DNA of 64,000 bases from Hormiphora californensis (Eukaryota; Animalia; Ctenophora). The stretch lies in contig CM035355.1 in assembly GCA_020137815.1 (NCBI GenBank), positions 62,001 to 126,000 on the forward strand, written 5' to 3'. Positions within the stretch are counted from its first letter, which is position 1, and each line of letters opens with the position of its first letter. Below, piece after piece: positions 1 to 12,873 of the stretch. Both the position numbers and the translations under genes were made by a program. The notes beneath the pieces were generated by a model. It saw nothing but the letters and a program-made list of their open reading frames with translations. It searched no databases and was not told where the DNA came from.

Positions 1-638
1 ACGCTTTTTTTGTCCCGTGACGTAACCCATCCATTATAGCAACCATCCAGTGCAGAGTGCTCAAAATACCATTTGAAATACTTCACACACGCTCTAATTC
101 ATTTTAATTCAATAATTCAAATTGTCCACGAAGGCGACGCCCGCAAAGTTATTACAGTGCTGAAATGACGCACTTTCATTAGAACGCACAGCCCGGCCGG
201 CGCCGCGCACCCCTTCCTGTTTGCAATTCATTCATCGTTCGTCATGTGTTCGTCATTACAATTGCGCTCTGGTATTGTCATTGATTACATGAGGTCAGTT
301 GAGTGGAGATCACATAGACTAGAAAAGGAGCCTAATTAGGCAGCTCATCACCTGCACTGTTCTGTCTCACCTTTCAGAATCTCATTAGGTCATGGGTGAT
401 GGGATGTAATTAGGAGTGTCACATGCCAATGGCGGGGAAATACAGCACTATGGATACATAGTGCAAATATTCTTGTTAGGAGAAACAGATAAGACGATTT
501 CGAATATTTTGTCTGCTTTACGAGTTGCTACATTTTACCATTTGTTCACAGGAACTGTTTAAAGTAATGTAACACGATCTAATTAGGCCAAATTTAGGTC
601 ATTTTACCCCTCAAAGATCACATGTCCAGCTGCATCTA

Positions 639-2171
639 AAGTACTCCCCAAACTACAGGGTTGTTTGTTGTTGTTGTATGCGCCTCCGCTTCCAATCCTC
701 TACTTGTGATTTTATCCCGTCCGGCAGCCAGTTCCTCACGCCCGAGAAGGACGGAGCTCAGGTTCCAGAGTTTCCTCTTTCCCCCGGGAGAGTTTTCTTC
801 CTCCGTCTTATGTCCATGGTTTTGGAGATAAGGGTGGAATCGTCTCCCATAACTATCTTAACAGGTCCCATGAAGAGGACCGCACCAGCACTGTTTTCAC
901 ATTGTGCCAGTCTCGGATATCTCTAGCGACCCTTGGTGAGTGGCATCTCAGCATTGATCGCTCTAGATGTGGCCTTGGCTAGGACAATTCGGACGCTCCA
1001 TTGACTATGGCACCTTTGTAGATTTTGCGCTGCCAACCTCTGATTTGTAATCAGTACTCCATGTGGGTTCATGGAACATCACTTTTTGTTCGTGATGCAG
1101 ATGCAGCGTCCGGCCGTTCATGGGGTAGTTAGGGCAGGTTCCTTCCCAATTAACGGAACTCTGGCGTGTGAAATGTTTAGTGGGTTAGGTATCTATGTGC
1201 GTCACTCATAGAAATTTGTTTTGTAGCATGGGATAGTGGTTTGTTCTGTTTGTTGATCAGGTTTTTGTGGAGGCTTGTTTGTTAGTAGAGAGTGATGATG
1301 TTGGTTTGTTACCTTCATCGTTTGGGGGGTAATCGCCATTTGGGAATATCCTACGCTTCTCATGGACTTTTGAAGAAGCGTAGGTAGTAGCGAGGCTACT
1401 GGTTAGTGTAGTTTCTCCCTGTTGGGCTACGGAAACACCCCTTGAGTTTATCTCGACCTCGGCGTGGGAATTTTGCCGAGTGTCGGTGGTAGCTAACCAG
1501 TTATGACCTAGCTTGTTAGACCTTTTATACCTGTCCAGAGGCTAGGTGGACAGAAGGTAGATGTGGGCCAGTTGAGATTAGACCTCCTCCAGCCTGGACT
1601 TTTGCTGGAGGACGGGTTTTGGCCGGTATTTAGCCATCTACTTTGGCCCAGTGCACAAGGCTGGGGAGATGGTGTAATACCGGCCGGGGGTATCTCTATT
1701 CAGAGAGAGATGAGTCATGAGCGGATTAGAGAAAGGAAGAGAGAAAAACACACCACCCAAGGAGGGCAGCTCTGTTTCCTTGGAGTGGTATGTGAGATGC
1801 TCCAGGCAGTTCAAGAGCTTCATGGTTTACCCCGGGGTATGCCGGGTCACCCCTGAAGATTCCCTGCCTGGTCTGTAGGACACTATTGCTATCTAAAAAA
1901 ATAGACATTAGCCGCGGCCTGCATCTCAAGGGCGTGGGAAGGAATCTCACCCCCAAACTACTATGTCCCTCACTCGGGTTTTGTGAAATTTCCCACGGTC
2001 ATAATTCCACTCCCTGATGAGATAAAGACTTGAAATTTGTTTTGTAGGAAGAACTCGACATGATCTCCTCACAAAACAAATTTCAAGTCTCTATCTCATC
2101 AGGGGGTGGAGCTATGGCTGTCTAAAATCCGGTCGCGCGCAGCAAGGGACATAATAGTTTGGGAGGACCTT
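639..2171. mobile_element. MITE with TA target duplication, split by a retroposon
   Basis: TIRs aagtactccccaaacta / tagtttgggaggacctt, TA on both sides; uninterrupted inverted copy at 48082-48309. Confidence 0.8.
657..1950 (-). mobile_element. Non-coding non-autonomous retroposon with (CAA)n tail
   Basis: 11-bp TSD ccccaaactac at 646-656 and 1951-1961; (TTG)n at left end; empty site visible in the MITE copy at 48082-48309; no long ORF. Confidence 0.72.
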
Positions 2172-2287
2172 TAGTGGGCTAATGAGGCCTTGAACACACA
2201 TACGTCACGTGTTACTGTTATAGGGCTACAGCTCTCGGCACTGTTAGGAATGGCCGACACTAACCATTTTTTTGTTAGTGTTTTTTG

Positions 2288-3429
2288 GGCAATTTCTGAT
2301 TTGCCGCATACAGCGTCTAGACGGTATACCGTCTGGACGGTTTCGGTGAAATCAGCTAAAAACGGTACCGAAATTGCTTGAGACGGGTTATAGACGGTAT
2401 CAGACGGTCTCTAGACGGGTTATAGACGGTACCAGACGGTGTTGCGACGGTATCAGACGGTCTCTAGACGGTGTCTAGACGGTACCGTCCCGGCGTCTGG
2501 ACGGCGTCTGAACGGTGTCTAGACGGTATCCGTCCGAAGTTGAGACGGCACATCTGAAAATTGTACCAGACGTTGAGACGGACCTTTAGAACTCCGTCTG
2601 TATTTCAGACGGAGTTTTAAAAGTACGTCTCAACGCAGTCTAAAGGAAAATCGATGAAGTACCGTCTAGACAACGTCTCAACTGAAACCGGTCAACATAC
2701 CGTCTAAACAACGTCTAGACAACGTCTAAACAGAATCTCGCGATTCAGTTTCAAATACCGTCTAGACAACTTCTCCAGCAATTTCGATAAGATATCGCGT
2801 TGTAATACAACTGTGAGATACTCTCTATGGCTGATACTATCAGTGATGGATAGTGTCGGTTATGAGACGTTGTTTAGACGGTATCTGTATCGGATTCGCT
2901 TAAGACGTTGTCTAGACGTTGTTTAGACGGTATTCGTATCGAAACTGCTGGAGAAGTTGTCTAGACGGTATTTGAAACTGAATCGCGAGATTCTGTTTAG
3001 ACGTTGTCTAGACGTTGTTTAGACGGTATGTTGACCGGTTTCAGTTGAGACGTTGTCTAGACGGTACTTTCATCGATTTTCCTTTAGACTGCGTTGAGAC
3101 ATACTTTTAAAACTCCGTCTGAAATACAGACGGAGTTCTAAAAGTCCGTCTCAACGTCTGGTACAATTTTCAGACGTGTCGTCTCAACTTCGGACGGATA
3201 CCGTCTAGACACCGTCCAGACGCCGGGACGGTACCGTCTAGACACCGTCTAGAGACCGTCTGATACCGTCGCAACACCGTCTGATACCGTCTATAACCCG
3301 TCTAGAGACCGTCTGATACCGTCTATAACCCGTCTCAAGCAATTTCGGTACCGTTTTTAGCTGATTTCACCGAAACCCGTCCAGACGGTATACCATCTAG
3401 ACGCCGTATGCGGCAAATCAGAAATTGCC
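2288..3429. mobile_element. Foldback element, MuDR/Merlin-like (GGC termini, 9-bp TSD)
   Basis: Near-perfect 1.1-kb palindrome built of gtctagacg-type subrepeats; TSD tgttttttg at 2279-2287 and 3430-3438. Confidence 0.85.
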
Positions 3430-3448
3430 TGTTTTTTGTTAGTGACGT

Positions 3449-3592
3449 CACTAACAAAAAATTGTTAGTGTTTTTCACTAACAAATTTCACTAACAAAAA
3501 AATTGTTAGTGGCTTCACTAACAAATTTCACTAACAAAAATTGTGTGAGTGTTTTCACTAACAATTTTCACTAACAAAAATTTTGTTAGTGT
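3449..3592. repeat. Tandem/inverted cactaacaaa-ttgttagtg subrepeats
   Basis: Repeated cactaacaaa and its reverse complement; same motif at 2258-2280. Confidence 0.6.
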
Positions 3593-4757
3593 TTCTAATT
3601 GAGAATGGGGTGATGGTTATGAGATACGATTCAGGGACGCCTTATTGGCAGTGTGAGACGATACGGGTTATGGAACATGATTGGGTGAGGCTTATCCCAA
3701 TTCCAGTCACGTGACATTATAACGAGAAAGGGAGAGAGTGATACGTTAACGTAGAGAGCATCTAGGCTGTCTGGTTTTCTACAGCTTGTTACCACTTCCA
3801 GACACCATGATCATGTCTGCTGCGATGGAAAAGGAGAGCTGTAGCCCTACAGTAACACGTGACGTATGCGTGTTCAAGGCCTCATTAGCCCACTAGATGC
3901 AGCTGGACATGTGATCTTTGAGGGGTAAAATGACCTAAATTTGGCCTAATTAGAGCGTGTTACATCACTTTAAACAGTTCCTGTGAACAAATGGTAAAAT
4001 GTAGCAACTCGTAAAGCAAACAAGACGTTCGAAATCGTCTTATCTGTCTCTCCTAAAAATTTGAACTCTCTATCTCATTAGACTCCAGAGATATGGCTGT
4101 GTAAGGTTGGAGGAGGTTTTTGGGCAATAGATTCATTCAGGAACATTGAAATTAGCTGTAAAAACTAGGAGAAAATTGCTACAACCTGGTTTTATCATGT
4201 CCCAAAATTTGAAGTCGAAAGATGCCATAGTTTTACGCAATTCGCAATATACTTGGTGACATTGACACCTAGTGCGTGCGAGATCGAGGTCGCGCAGCGA
4301 CCGAGATCGAGCTCGCACATAGGTGTCCGCTACGCCCCCTAAAAAGGGTCGTGTCTTTCAAGCCAAATTGCACGTGATCCACTGGACCGATTTGCATCCG
4401 GTTTGTCGCAAAATACTACAAATTGGTCCTAGTTTACTGGAAAATACCCGAGAAGTTTGTCTGTCAACAGGAAGTGGGTCAAAATTGACACTGAAGTCAA
4501 ATCTATAATCTGGCTTCCGAGCCTTTTTGCACAACTCCCAGACGGTGTAGAATGAATCTGAGGGTATCAGAAGATAGGTTGAACTCTTGTGAGTATTGGA
4601 AAATACCCGGCATTAATAGCTGATGCTAATTGCATCAACATATCTCCCAATATCTTCTAAATCGCATGGGCGTAGTGCAGAAACTCTCGGAAGCCAGATT
4701 ATAGGTTTGACTTCAGTGTCAATTTTGACCCACTTCCTGTTGACAGACAAACTTCTC

Positions 4758-6077
4758 CACGGTGCACCAGAAGGATCGTCAACCCAAAGTTGAGCCCGCA
4801 AAACAAACTTTTGTTGGGGGTGACCCAGGAGGCCTTCCTGAACATCCCCACGGTGAGAAAAGTATATGTTATGGGGGAAAATTTTTGACAAAATCGAAAA
4901 AACTGGTTTTTGGTCCAAATTTGTGCATAACTTACTTGACTGCCGTTTGATGAAATATTTGATTGACATAAAATAAGTAGACCAGACCTATTTTTGCACG
5001 AGGAATCGATTGCCGGTGGAGAGAAATCTCTAAAATGACCGGAAAATAGTCAAATATGGGAATTTTGTCATTTTTTGAGGTTTTTGGCCCTTTAACCATT
5101 GAAAACGTTGAGATAGGAAGTTGGCAATAGCACCAATCGTTAAAATGGTCATTTTTCTACGGGATCCCAAAATTTCATGTATATCCGATTCATTGTTAGA
5201 TTTTGGCAAACTATTGAGATGTGCTTACTGAAAAAAGGATAACTTGATTTTCTCGTTTTTTGCGATTTTTTAACTTTTGACAGAATTCTGATTGAAATGG
5301 CCAATCACGGTCATGCTAAAGTTGTTTATGGGACAATTTTCGACCAAAATCCAAGATTTCATGCAAATCCAATTACAGATCATTGATTTATAGAAAGTTG
5401 AAATAGGCAAAAAAGGCCAATTTTTACCATGAAAACAAAAATACACATTTTTTTCTTGTCAATTTCCATCAACATCTGGTACCCTACCTGTTTTTGCACG
5501 TAGAATCGATTGCCGGTGGAGTGGATCCTCTTAAATGATTAGAAAAGCGGTCAAAATGCCATTTTTGGAGGTCCAAAAACCTCCAAAAAATGGCATCCTT
5601 TTTTCAGTAAGCACATCTCAATAGTTTGCCAAAATCTAACAATGAATCGGATATACATGAAATTTTGGGATCCCGTAGAAAAATGACCATTTTAACGATT
5701 GGTGCTTTTGCCAACTTCCTATCTCAACGTTTTCAATGGTTAAAGGGCCAAAAACCTCAAAAAAATGACAAAATTCCCATATTTGACTATTTTCCGGTCA
5801 TTTTAGAGATTTCTCTCCACCGGCAATCGATTCCTCGTGCAAAAATAGGTCTGGTCTACTTATTTTATGTCAATCAGATATTTCATCAAACGGCAGTCAA
5901 GTAAGTTATGCACAAATTTGGACCAAAAACCAGTTTTTTCGATTTTGTCAAAAATTTCCCCCATAACATATACTTTTCTCACCGTGGGGATGTTCAGGAA
6001 GGCCTCCTGGGTCACCCCCAACAAAAGTTTGTTTTGCGGGCTCAACTTTGGGTTGACGATCCTTCTGGTGCACCGTG
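4758..6077. mobile_element. Chapaev-like MITE (CAC...GTG termini, 4-bp TSD)
   Basis: Long TIRs beginning cacggtgcaccagaagg (about 480-bp arms); TSD tctc confirmed against the empty mirror site at about 4440-4460. Confidence 0.78.
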
Positions 6078-6206
6078 TCTCGGGTATTTTCAGTATATTA
6101 GGATCTTCTTCTTCTTCTTCTATTTGGCCGTCTCCACCATAGGTGAGATTGAGGGGTGGTACCATGAAGATTCCTTTCCCCGGCCTGGTTTGAGGGTTTG
6201 GATTTG

Positions 6207-6479
6207 TTAGTCCTCTTCCCCCCGGTTTAACTGTTTCAGGATATCCATGAAGAATGAAACAGTCTTGGTGATCGGGAAGCCATTCTTGATGTCATCGAGG
6301 GTTAAACCAAGCCGATCAAACCTCTCTTGTCGCTGTTTCCAGAGAACTGGACAGTCAGTGAGGAGGTGTTTGGCTGTTTCATTTTCTATGCCGCATATAA
6401 TAGGCGGCAGGTTGGCGGCAGGTTGGAGTGTTTGCTAGTTTCATCTTGTGAAAATGGTATTTAAGTGTGTTGTGCCCAG
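6207..6479 (-). pseudogene. LINE ORF2 C-terminus with zinc knuckle
   Basis: Continues LLTGH across the hAT MITE: GHNTLKYHFHKMKL..PTCR..CG.ENET.KHLL.DCP, with a frameshift. Confidence 0.8.
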
Positions 6480-7475
6480 TAGGGTGTGCTAAGTGAAAAT
6501 TTTGTCGACTTGGCCAATAAGTTAAGGGTAGATATGAAACTATGGACAATTGTCTACTAAATCCTGAAAACGGAATTGGGGTAGTGTATGTCAATTACGT
6601 GGGCCAGGCGATTAAAAAAGTTTACTTTTTTACCGAAAAAAGGTAAATATGTGTGTTTTACACTAGTGTTTGGCATGTTCTTGATATCGACTTTTTATAG
6701 ACAGGGTCGTGTTCAGCGGTTTGATACCGATCAGAATGGATGTGTATCATGAAAGTTAGCCAAAGTTCATTTTTGACCTGAAAATGTTCATTTTGGACCA
6801 AAAATGTTCATTTTTGACTAAAAATGTTCATTTTGGTCATTTTCTTCAATTTTGAGAGCTTTTTCATGAACGGGATCGTGTTCAGCAGGTCAAAATTAGT
6901 CGGTTAAAACCGGAATTTGCATTCCGACAAATAAAATCTCAAAAAGTTAAAATTCGTCTCCACTAATACAGTCGGACCCCGATTTAGGGACACCCTCGGG
7001 AGAAAGGCTCTTGTCCACTAAATCGGGGTGACCACTAAATCGGGGTCAAATAAGGTTAATTTCCTATATCGGGGGAAAAAAATCCTGTCCCTAAATCGGG
7101 GTGCCACTAAATCGGGGGCCCCTAAATCGGGGTCCGACTGTACTACAAAGTAGGAAAATGTGCAAGAAAAAAAGATGAAACAAAAAAATTTTTTCATTAT
7201 AAAATGGAGTTCTGAAGGTGCAGACTGGAAATAATGGTTGTACTGAGTCTCATGAGGCGATTCATATGTGTGGTTTTTTCGAAATAACGCCCCAAAAAAC
7301 ATTTTTTGATATGAATATGCCCATATATGGGCATACATCGGCCCACGTAATTGGGCCAGGGTAGGACTAAAATTTTTTTACCAAATGTTTTAGAATGATC
7401 GTAGGAACTCATTCTAGGGGTAAACTATGTGAAAATTGGATTTGATTTATGAGTTGGGAAAAATAGCACACCCTA
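6480..7475. mobile_element. hAT-like MITE
   Basis: TIR tagggtgtgcta / tagcacacccta; 8-bp TSD gtgcccag at 6472-6479 and 7476-7483. Confidence 0.88.
6969..7140. mobile_element. Tc1/mariner-pogo-like MITE
   Basis: TIR cagtcggaccccgattta, TA TSD; same TIR at 31261, 37024 and about 46469. Confidence 0.85.
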
Positions 7476-9509
7476 GTGCCCAGTCAGAAGCTGGATTGCC
7501 GCTCTCAAGTGATTTCGGTCCAGGTGCTGGAGCTGTTTGACGTGGTTCGGGTTCCAGAAAAGATTCATGTGAGCCGTTGGAGCCGTTGTCATTTTTGTCT
7601 TCTCCCTCAGGGCCGCATAGGCGGCTTTCTTCGGGATTGGAGGGCGTATGATGTTTTCAATCTCTTGTGCTCCCTTTTTAGCGAGGGAGTCTGCTAGTTC
7701 ATTCCCTTCGTGGCCTTTGTGAGCAGGGATCCACCGTATTTTAACGGTGTTGAAGACTGCAAGGGCGTTCAGGTTGGAAATGGTGTTTTGGGTGGTTTTG
7801 GATCTGCATACGGTGCTATCCAGTGCTTTGATTGTTCCTTGGCTATCGCAATTGATGAGGATTTTTTGATTGGCAGTTCCTGTGCCAAGGAGGTGTTTGG
7901 TGGTGTTTTGGATGGGTATCATTTCGGCCATTGGGACTGTTGTGGTATCACCCAGATTGAAAGCGGCCGAGTGGGCCTCTTGTCCATTTTCACGGATTAG
8001 GAGGCCCGCGCCGGCGTTGCCGTCAATTCTGGAACCGTCTGTGTAAGCTATTATTGTGTGATCGTCCTCTCCCTCTTCTTTGTAGTCCTCTGCGTCCGGA
8101 ATCTCCAGGGAGTATTCTCGGTCGAGGATGAGTTGAGGGATGGTGTGGTCATGTTCCCACTCTGCTGGAAGGAGGTTTAGGCATTCATCCACTGTGTTTG
8201 CGTGGGATGTGAATACTTTTGGTTGTGGTAGCTGCGACACTATACTCCCTTCCCACTGATCGGCCGCTATGGCGCATTGTCTCAGGTGGTCTACTATGGG
8301 CATGGTGTGGGTAATCATGTCAAGCGCCTTCCCTGGTGTGCTGGACATTGCTCCAGTTACCATTTGGAGGGCAAGTCTTTGGATTCTTGATATGTTTATC
8401 TTGTTTTTCTGTGTCAGCATGGCATTGGCCCATACGAGCGCGCCATAGGAGAGCATGGGCCGTATGATGGATTTGTAGATCCACAGCATGGTGTTTAGCG
8501 AGAAGCCCCACGTTGGGCCCACCGCTCTCCTGCACTGGAATATGGCTTGTTTACATTTCTTTATTTGGGTATCAATATGTTTCGACCAATTTAGTTTGGA
8601 GTCCAATGTGACACCCAGGAATTTGGTGTGGTTGGTTGCTTTGATCTCGTGACCCATTACCTTGATGAGTTCTCTGAGTTTTATGTTGTGGCGGTGGGTG
8701 AATATTACTGTGTGGGATTTGAGAGCGCTGAGCTTGATTCCCACTGATTTGCACCACTTGCTAATGGTGGATAGACTTTTCTGGGTTGCTTCTCTGAGGG
8801 GGTAGATGTCTGCAGCCGCATTGCCTTTCGTTGGAGGCGATATTGTCGCGGCTAGAAGGCAGAGGTCATCTGCGAACCCTTGGAGATCACCAGGAATTTT
8901 GTCCTTCTTTAGGCTGAGGAGGTCGTCCATCACCAGGTTCCAAAGGAATGGCGATAGGATTCGTCCTTGGGGGCAGCCTTTTGTCAGGCCGAACACTAGG
9001 GTGTGTCCCAAGAGTGAGGTTTTGACTCGGCGATTGGAGATCATGTAAGTAATCCAATTGACCGTTTTACTGTCTTTTAGTTTGTTGTGTAGTGCTCTCT
9101 CTATGGCTTTGAAGGCCACGTTGTCGAAAGCGCCCTCTATGTCGAGGAAGGTTGCCATGGCTATTCCTCTGTGCATGAGGGTGTGTTCTATCTTTCGGAC
9201 GACTTTGTGGAGGGCAGTGTCAGTGGACGCACCTCGTCTAAATCCGAACTGGTTTTTGTTGAGTTTCTTGTGTACTTTTTGGTCCACTTCGATGTGCCAT
9301 AGAACTAGCCTCTCCATAAGCTTCTAGAGGTTGGATGCTAGGGTAATGGTTCGGAATGATTTTGGTAGTCGGTAGTCACTCTTTCCTGGCTTTGGGAGGT
9401 AAATTGCTTCAGCCTCTTGCCAAGACTGAGGAGTGACCCCAAGGGAGAAAGATGCAATTGCTATCTTTTGGAAGTAAGTAGCAAAGGCTGGAGCAACCTT
9501 TTGCATCAT
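7476..9509 (-). pseudogene. LINE ORF2 fragment: reverse transcriptase and RNase H
   Basis: PKPGK..FRTITL, QFGFR, FLDIEGAFD, GCPQG.ILSP.LWN, GFADD, KFLGV; RNase H YTDGS, CDSQ, WIPAHKGHEGNELAD; in-frame stop near 9324. Confidence 0.93.
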
Positions 9510-9562
9510 GATTGGTCTGATTTCATCTGGTCCTGCCGCTGTGAGCGGTTTGAACTCTTTAA

Positions 9563-10952
9563 GGGTACGCTAACCAAAAATTTTTTTCGAGTGCAGGGAA
9601 ATCTCTCACCGTAGGGTTGTAGGCCATGCCAAGGAGACCTCAAATATGCAATTTGAGCTCTCAAGTCGAATTCATATTTTTGCTACAGCTGCTTGAAAAA
9701 TGAACTGAAAATAAGTTTTTGGCATCTTAAAAATACATTTGTAAAGATAGGATCATAAAAATTTGTGGATTTGAAGAGGACAAAGAGGAGAGTAGCCACA
9801 AAAAATTTTTTTGAAATCCGAGCTGATTTCCGGTCCTGAGATGGATTTCTTTTTTTTTACTTTAACGCCATATTTGGCCAAGTTCCGAAAATATGTGAAA
9901 GCTGTAAATTGGTCAAAAGTTGCGTCTAACGATTCTCTATATGGCCATAAATTTTGGGCGTGTCCTTATTTGAGATAAGCTGTACAGAGTTTTTTTTGTG
10001 AAAGCCGTCATTTCAGAAATAAATAAATTCCCTGTATCTCAAAAACGGCTGATCGTAGAGACCTGAGACTATGATTAAAAGATTCAGAAGGTCCGATTTT
10101 GGGGGGGTCTTCTGAGAGACATTTTGCTCCTACTTCAACCGTTTTTGCTGTAATTGCGAAAAACAAAAACCCATCTTCGCCATTGTGGATTTTTTGTGAT
10201 TTTGTTTTTGGTGATTATAGGGACCCATATGGACCAAATAGTGAAGGAATTAGCTTGTTACACATTTTTCCATAGTTTCGGTCCTTTCTTAGCCAAAATT
10301 CCCTAATTACAGGATATTGGAGTTTAGCTTTTGCCCTTTTCATAGAATTTGTTTTTCGCAATTACAGCAAAAACGGTTGAAGTAGGAGCAAAATGTCTCT
10401 CAGAAGACCCCCCCAAAATCGGACCTTCTGAATCGTTTAAGCATAGTCTCAGGTCTCTACGATCAGCCGTTTTTGAGATACAGGGAATTTATTTATTTCT
10501 GAAATGACGGCTTTCACAAAAAAAACTCTGTACAGCTTATCTCAAATAAGGACACGCCCAAAATTTATGGCCACTTAGATAATCGTTAGACGCAACTTTT
10601 CACCAATTTACAGCTTTCACATATTTTCGGAACTTTGCCAAATAGGGCGTTAAAGTTGAAAAAAAGAAATCCATCTCAGGACCGGAAATCAGCTCGGATT
10701 TCAAAAAAATTTTTTGTGGCTACTCTCCTCTTTGTCCTCTTCAAATCCACAAATTTTTATGATCCTATCTTTACAAATGTATTTTTAAGATGCCAAAAAC
10801 GTTTTTACAGGACATTTTTTAAACAGCTGTAGCAAAAATATGAATTCGACTTGAGGGCTAAAATTGCATATTTGAGGTCTCCTTGGTATGGCCTACAACC
10901 CTACGGTGAGAGATTTCCCTGCACTCGAAAAAAAATTTTGGTTAGCGTACCC
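9563..10952. mobile_element. Kolobok-like palindromic MITE
   Basis: TTAA on both sides, GG...CC termini (gggtacgctaacc), near-perfect arms of about 620 bp. Confidence 0.85.
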
Positions 10953-11116
10953 TTAAGTGCTCTGATTATTCTTGGTATGGAGAAGACATGTTCACTGGGC
11001 CATTCTTCTTTGGATTCATTTTTCAATGGGGTAACTGGTAAGTGATGGCCGTGTGCTATGGTCTTCTCCGAAGAGGGAGTCCCGCATGTGTTCCAGGGTC
11101 TCGGCTGGGCTGCACG

Positions 11117-11881
11117 TCAGGGAGCCGTCTGGCTATCGGCCGTCGGGTTATATTTAATTACTTGGCCAATTTTTTGAGCGTCAGAGAGGGCGTCCATTTC
11201 GCCTGTCCAAGATTGCCAGGCTGTGCGTTTGGATTGGTCTCTCAGTTTTTTGTATATTTTTGATTTTTCTTTTGCTTCTTCCCATAAGGGAGGAGTCTTA
11301 CCGCTCTGAGCTGCTGTCAGCGCGGAGATCATGGACCTCCTGGCGGTCTTGACTTCCTCCGTGAGCCACACTGGATCTTTGGTGGTGGCTGAGATGTGGG
11401 TCAGTGGAGTGCATTCTTTGTACGCGTTGATAAGGATTTTAGTCAGTTCCGTAGCGTGCTCCTCTAGATCTTCAGCATTGATGATACTTTTGTTGAGGAT
11501 AGGGCTTTCGGACATGGCTTTTTCTACTGATTTTTGGAATTGAAACCAATTAGTTTTCTTGGGGTTGTGGAATGATCGGATGTTTGAGATGTCCGTTCCC
11601 ACTAGATTGAAGGTTATGGGGATGTGGTCTGAGTGGCACTTCATAGGGTTGGTCTGCCACTTTCGAACCATGTCTACTGCTTGGTTATTCGATATGGTCA
11701 GGTCTATGGCGTTCTGCCATCGACCATTGTCGAACGTTGGTGGGGAGTTAATGTTTGATATGTGAAGGTCTTCATTGAGGAGGAATTCAGGAGTGCGTCT
11801 CCTCTTTTGATACCAGGCGTATCGTTCAGTTTGCTCCCCCCAGAGGGAGTTGTGAGCGTTACAGTCTGTACCCACTATCAT
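11117..11881 (-). pseudogene. LINE ORF2 fragment: C-terminal part of APE endonuclease plus linker
   Basis: Motifs GTDCNAHNSLWG, PTF, IDLT, SDH. Confidence 0.88.
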
Positions 11882-12873
11882 TGGATAGGTATATTAGGAT
11901 CATTTGTAGTCTTTTGCGACAAACCGGATGCAAATCGGTCCAGTGGATCGCGTGCAACATCCCTTGAAAGAAACGACCCTTTTTGAGGCGGAGCAGACAC
12001 CTGTGTGTGAGCTCAATCTTGGTCGCGCACGGTGTCTATGTCACCAAGCAATATACCAGTCCCAGTCATTTAAAATCACACAGTATATCTCTTACGTCTA
12101 TAATGCGTCTGATGATTTGTATTGCCGTCTTAGTTCCGTTATATCCATCGTGTCTATCAATATAATATGAGTACTTTTGTGTCTGTCAGTCTCTCTGAAC
12201 TGTCTCCCTGACCAACCTTTCACTCTGTTTCCCTCTCTTTCCCTCTCTTTCCCTGTCTCACTATCTCTGTATCTTGAAATTTATCTGTCTCTTTCTGTCT
12301 CTCCCTACCATCTCTCCATCTCTGTCTTTCCCAGGGTCAGGGACAGAGAGATTGGTCAGGGAAAGAATTCAGACACAGAGGTAGAGACAGGAGATTGGCA
12401 CAAAAGTACTATTAACAATTAACATACTCATAATGTTAACATACCCATAATGTATAGCCATCAAGCTAACTTTGAATACTCATAGTTCATATTGATGTAG
12501 ACGGTGATATTTATATCTGAATATAGAAACTTAAACGACAGCTCACTACTCATCAGACGCTGTAGATACGCATTATTATAGACGCATTACAGTGATGCTT
12601 GCAGTCAAAATACGGTATCGCGAAATACAGTAATTAGACACACACGTTGCATAACACGCGGCAAAAAGTTCATGTGTCAGCACGTATTAGCGTACTGATT
12701 GGCCACGGTTGCGCGTTGTCTTACTGTATCTTCGTTTTCCATTACCGTTTTCCCACTACAAGCGACCGTGAGATAGACGTAAAAAGCAAACATTTGATAG
12801 CCGTATTATAGACGAATTTTCAAAAAGTTTCTCTGGAACGTGCTAAATTTTCTGGCGTTTTAAATGCGTTTTA

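Larger units (their letters stand above)
476..4054. mobile_element. Palindromic (foldback/MITE-like) element hosting nested insertions
   Basis: 476-638 plus 2174-2236 is the reverse complement of 3834-4054 once the 639-2171 insertion is removed; outer ends approximate. Confidence 0.6.
6106..11888 (-). mobile_element. 5'-truncated non-LTR retrotransposon, APE-RT-RNase H-zinc knuckle (Loa/R1/I group)
   Basis: 13-bp TSD gtatattaggatc at 6093-6105 and 11889-11901; (GAA)5 tail; ORF2 fragments collinear after removing MITEs at 6480-7475 and 9563-10952. Confidence 0.9.
4240..12060. mobile_element. Old palindromic element hosting the Chapaev-like MITE and the LINE
   Basis: 4240-4435 is a diverged reverse complement of 11890-12060; 4435-4520 mirrors 4685-4757 plus 6082-6095. 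Confidence 0.55.

Noticed and set aside
2014-2040. CTGATGA...GAAA in the MITE (also at 48151 and mirrored copies) as a hammerhead
   Set aside because: No stem II between the boxes and no stem I/III closure; part of a palindromic MITE arm
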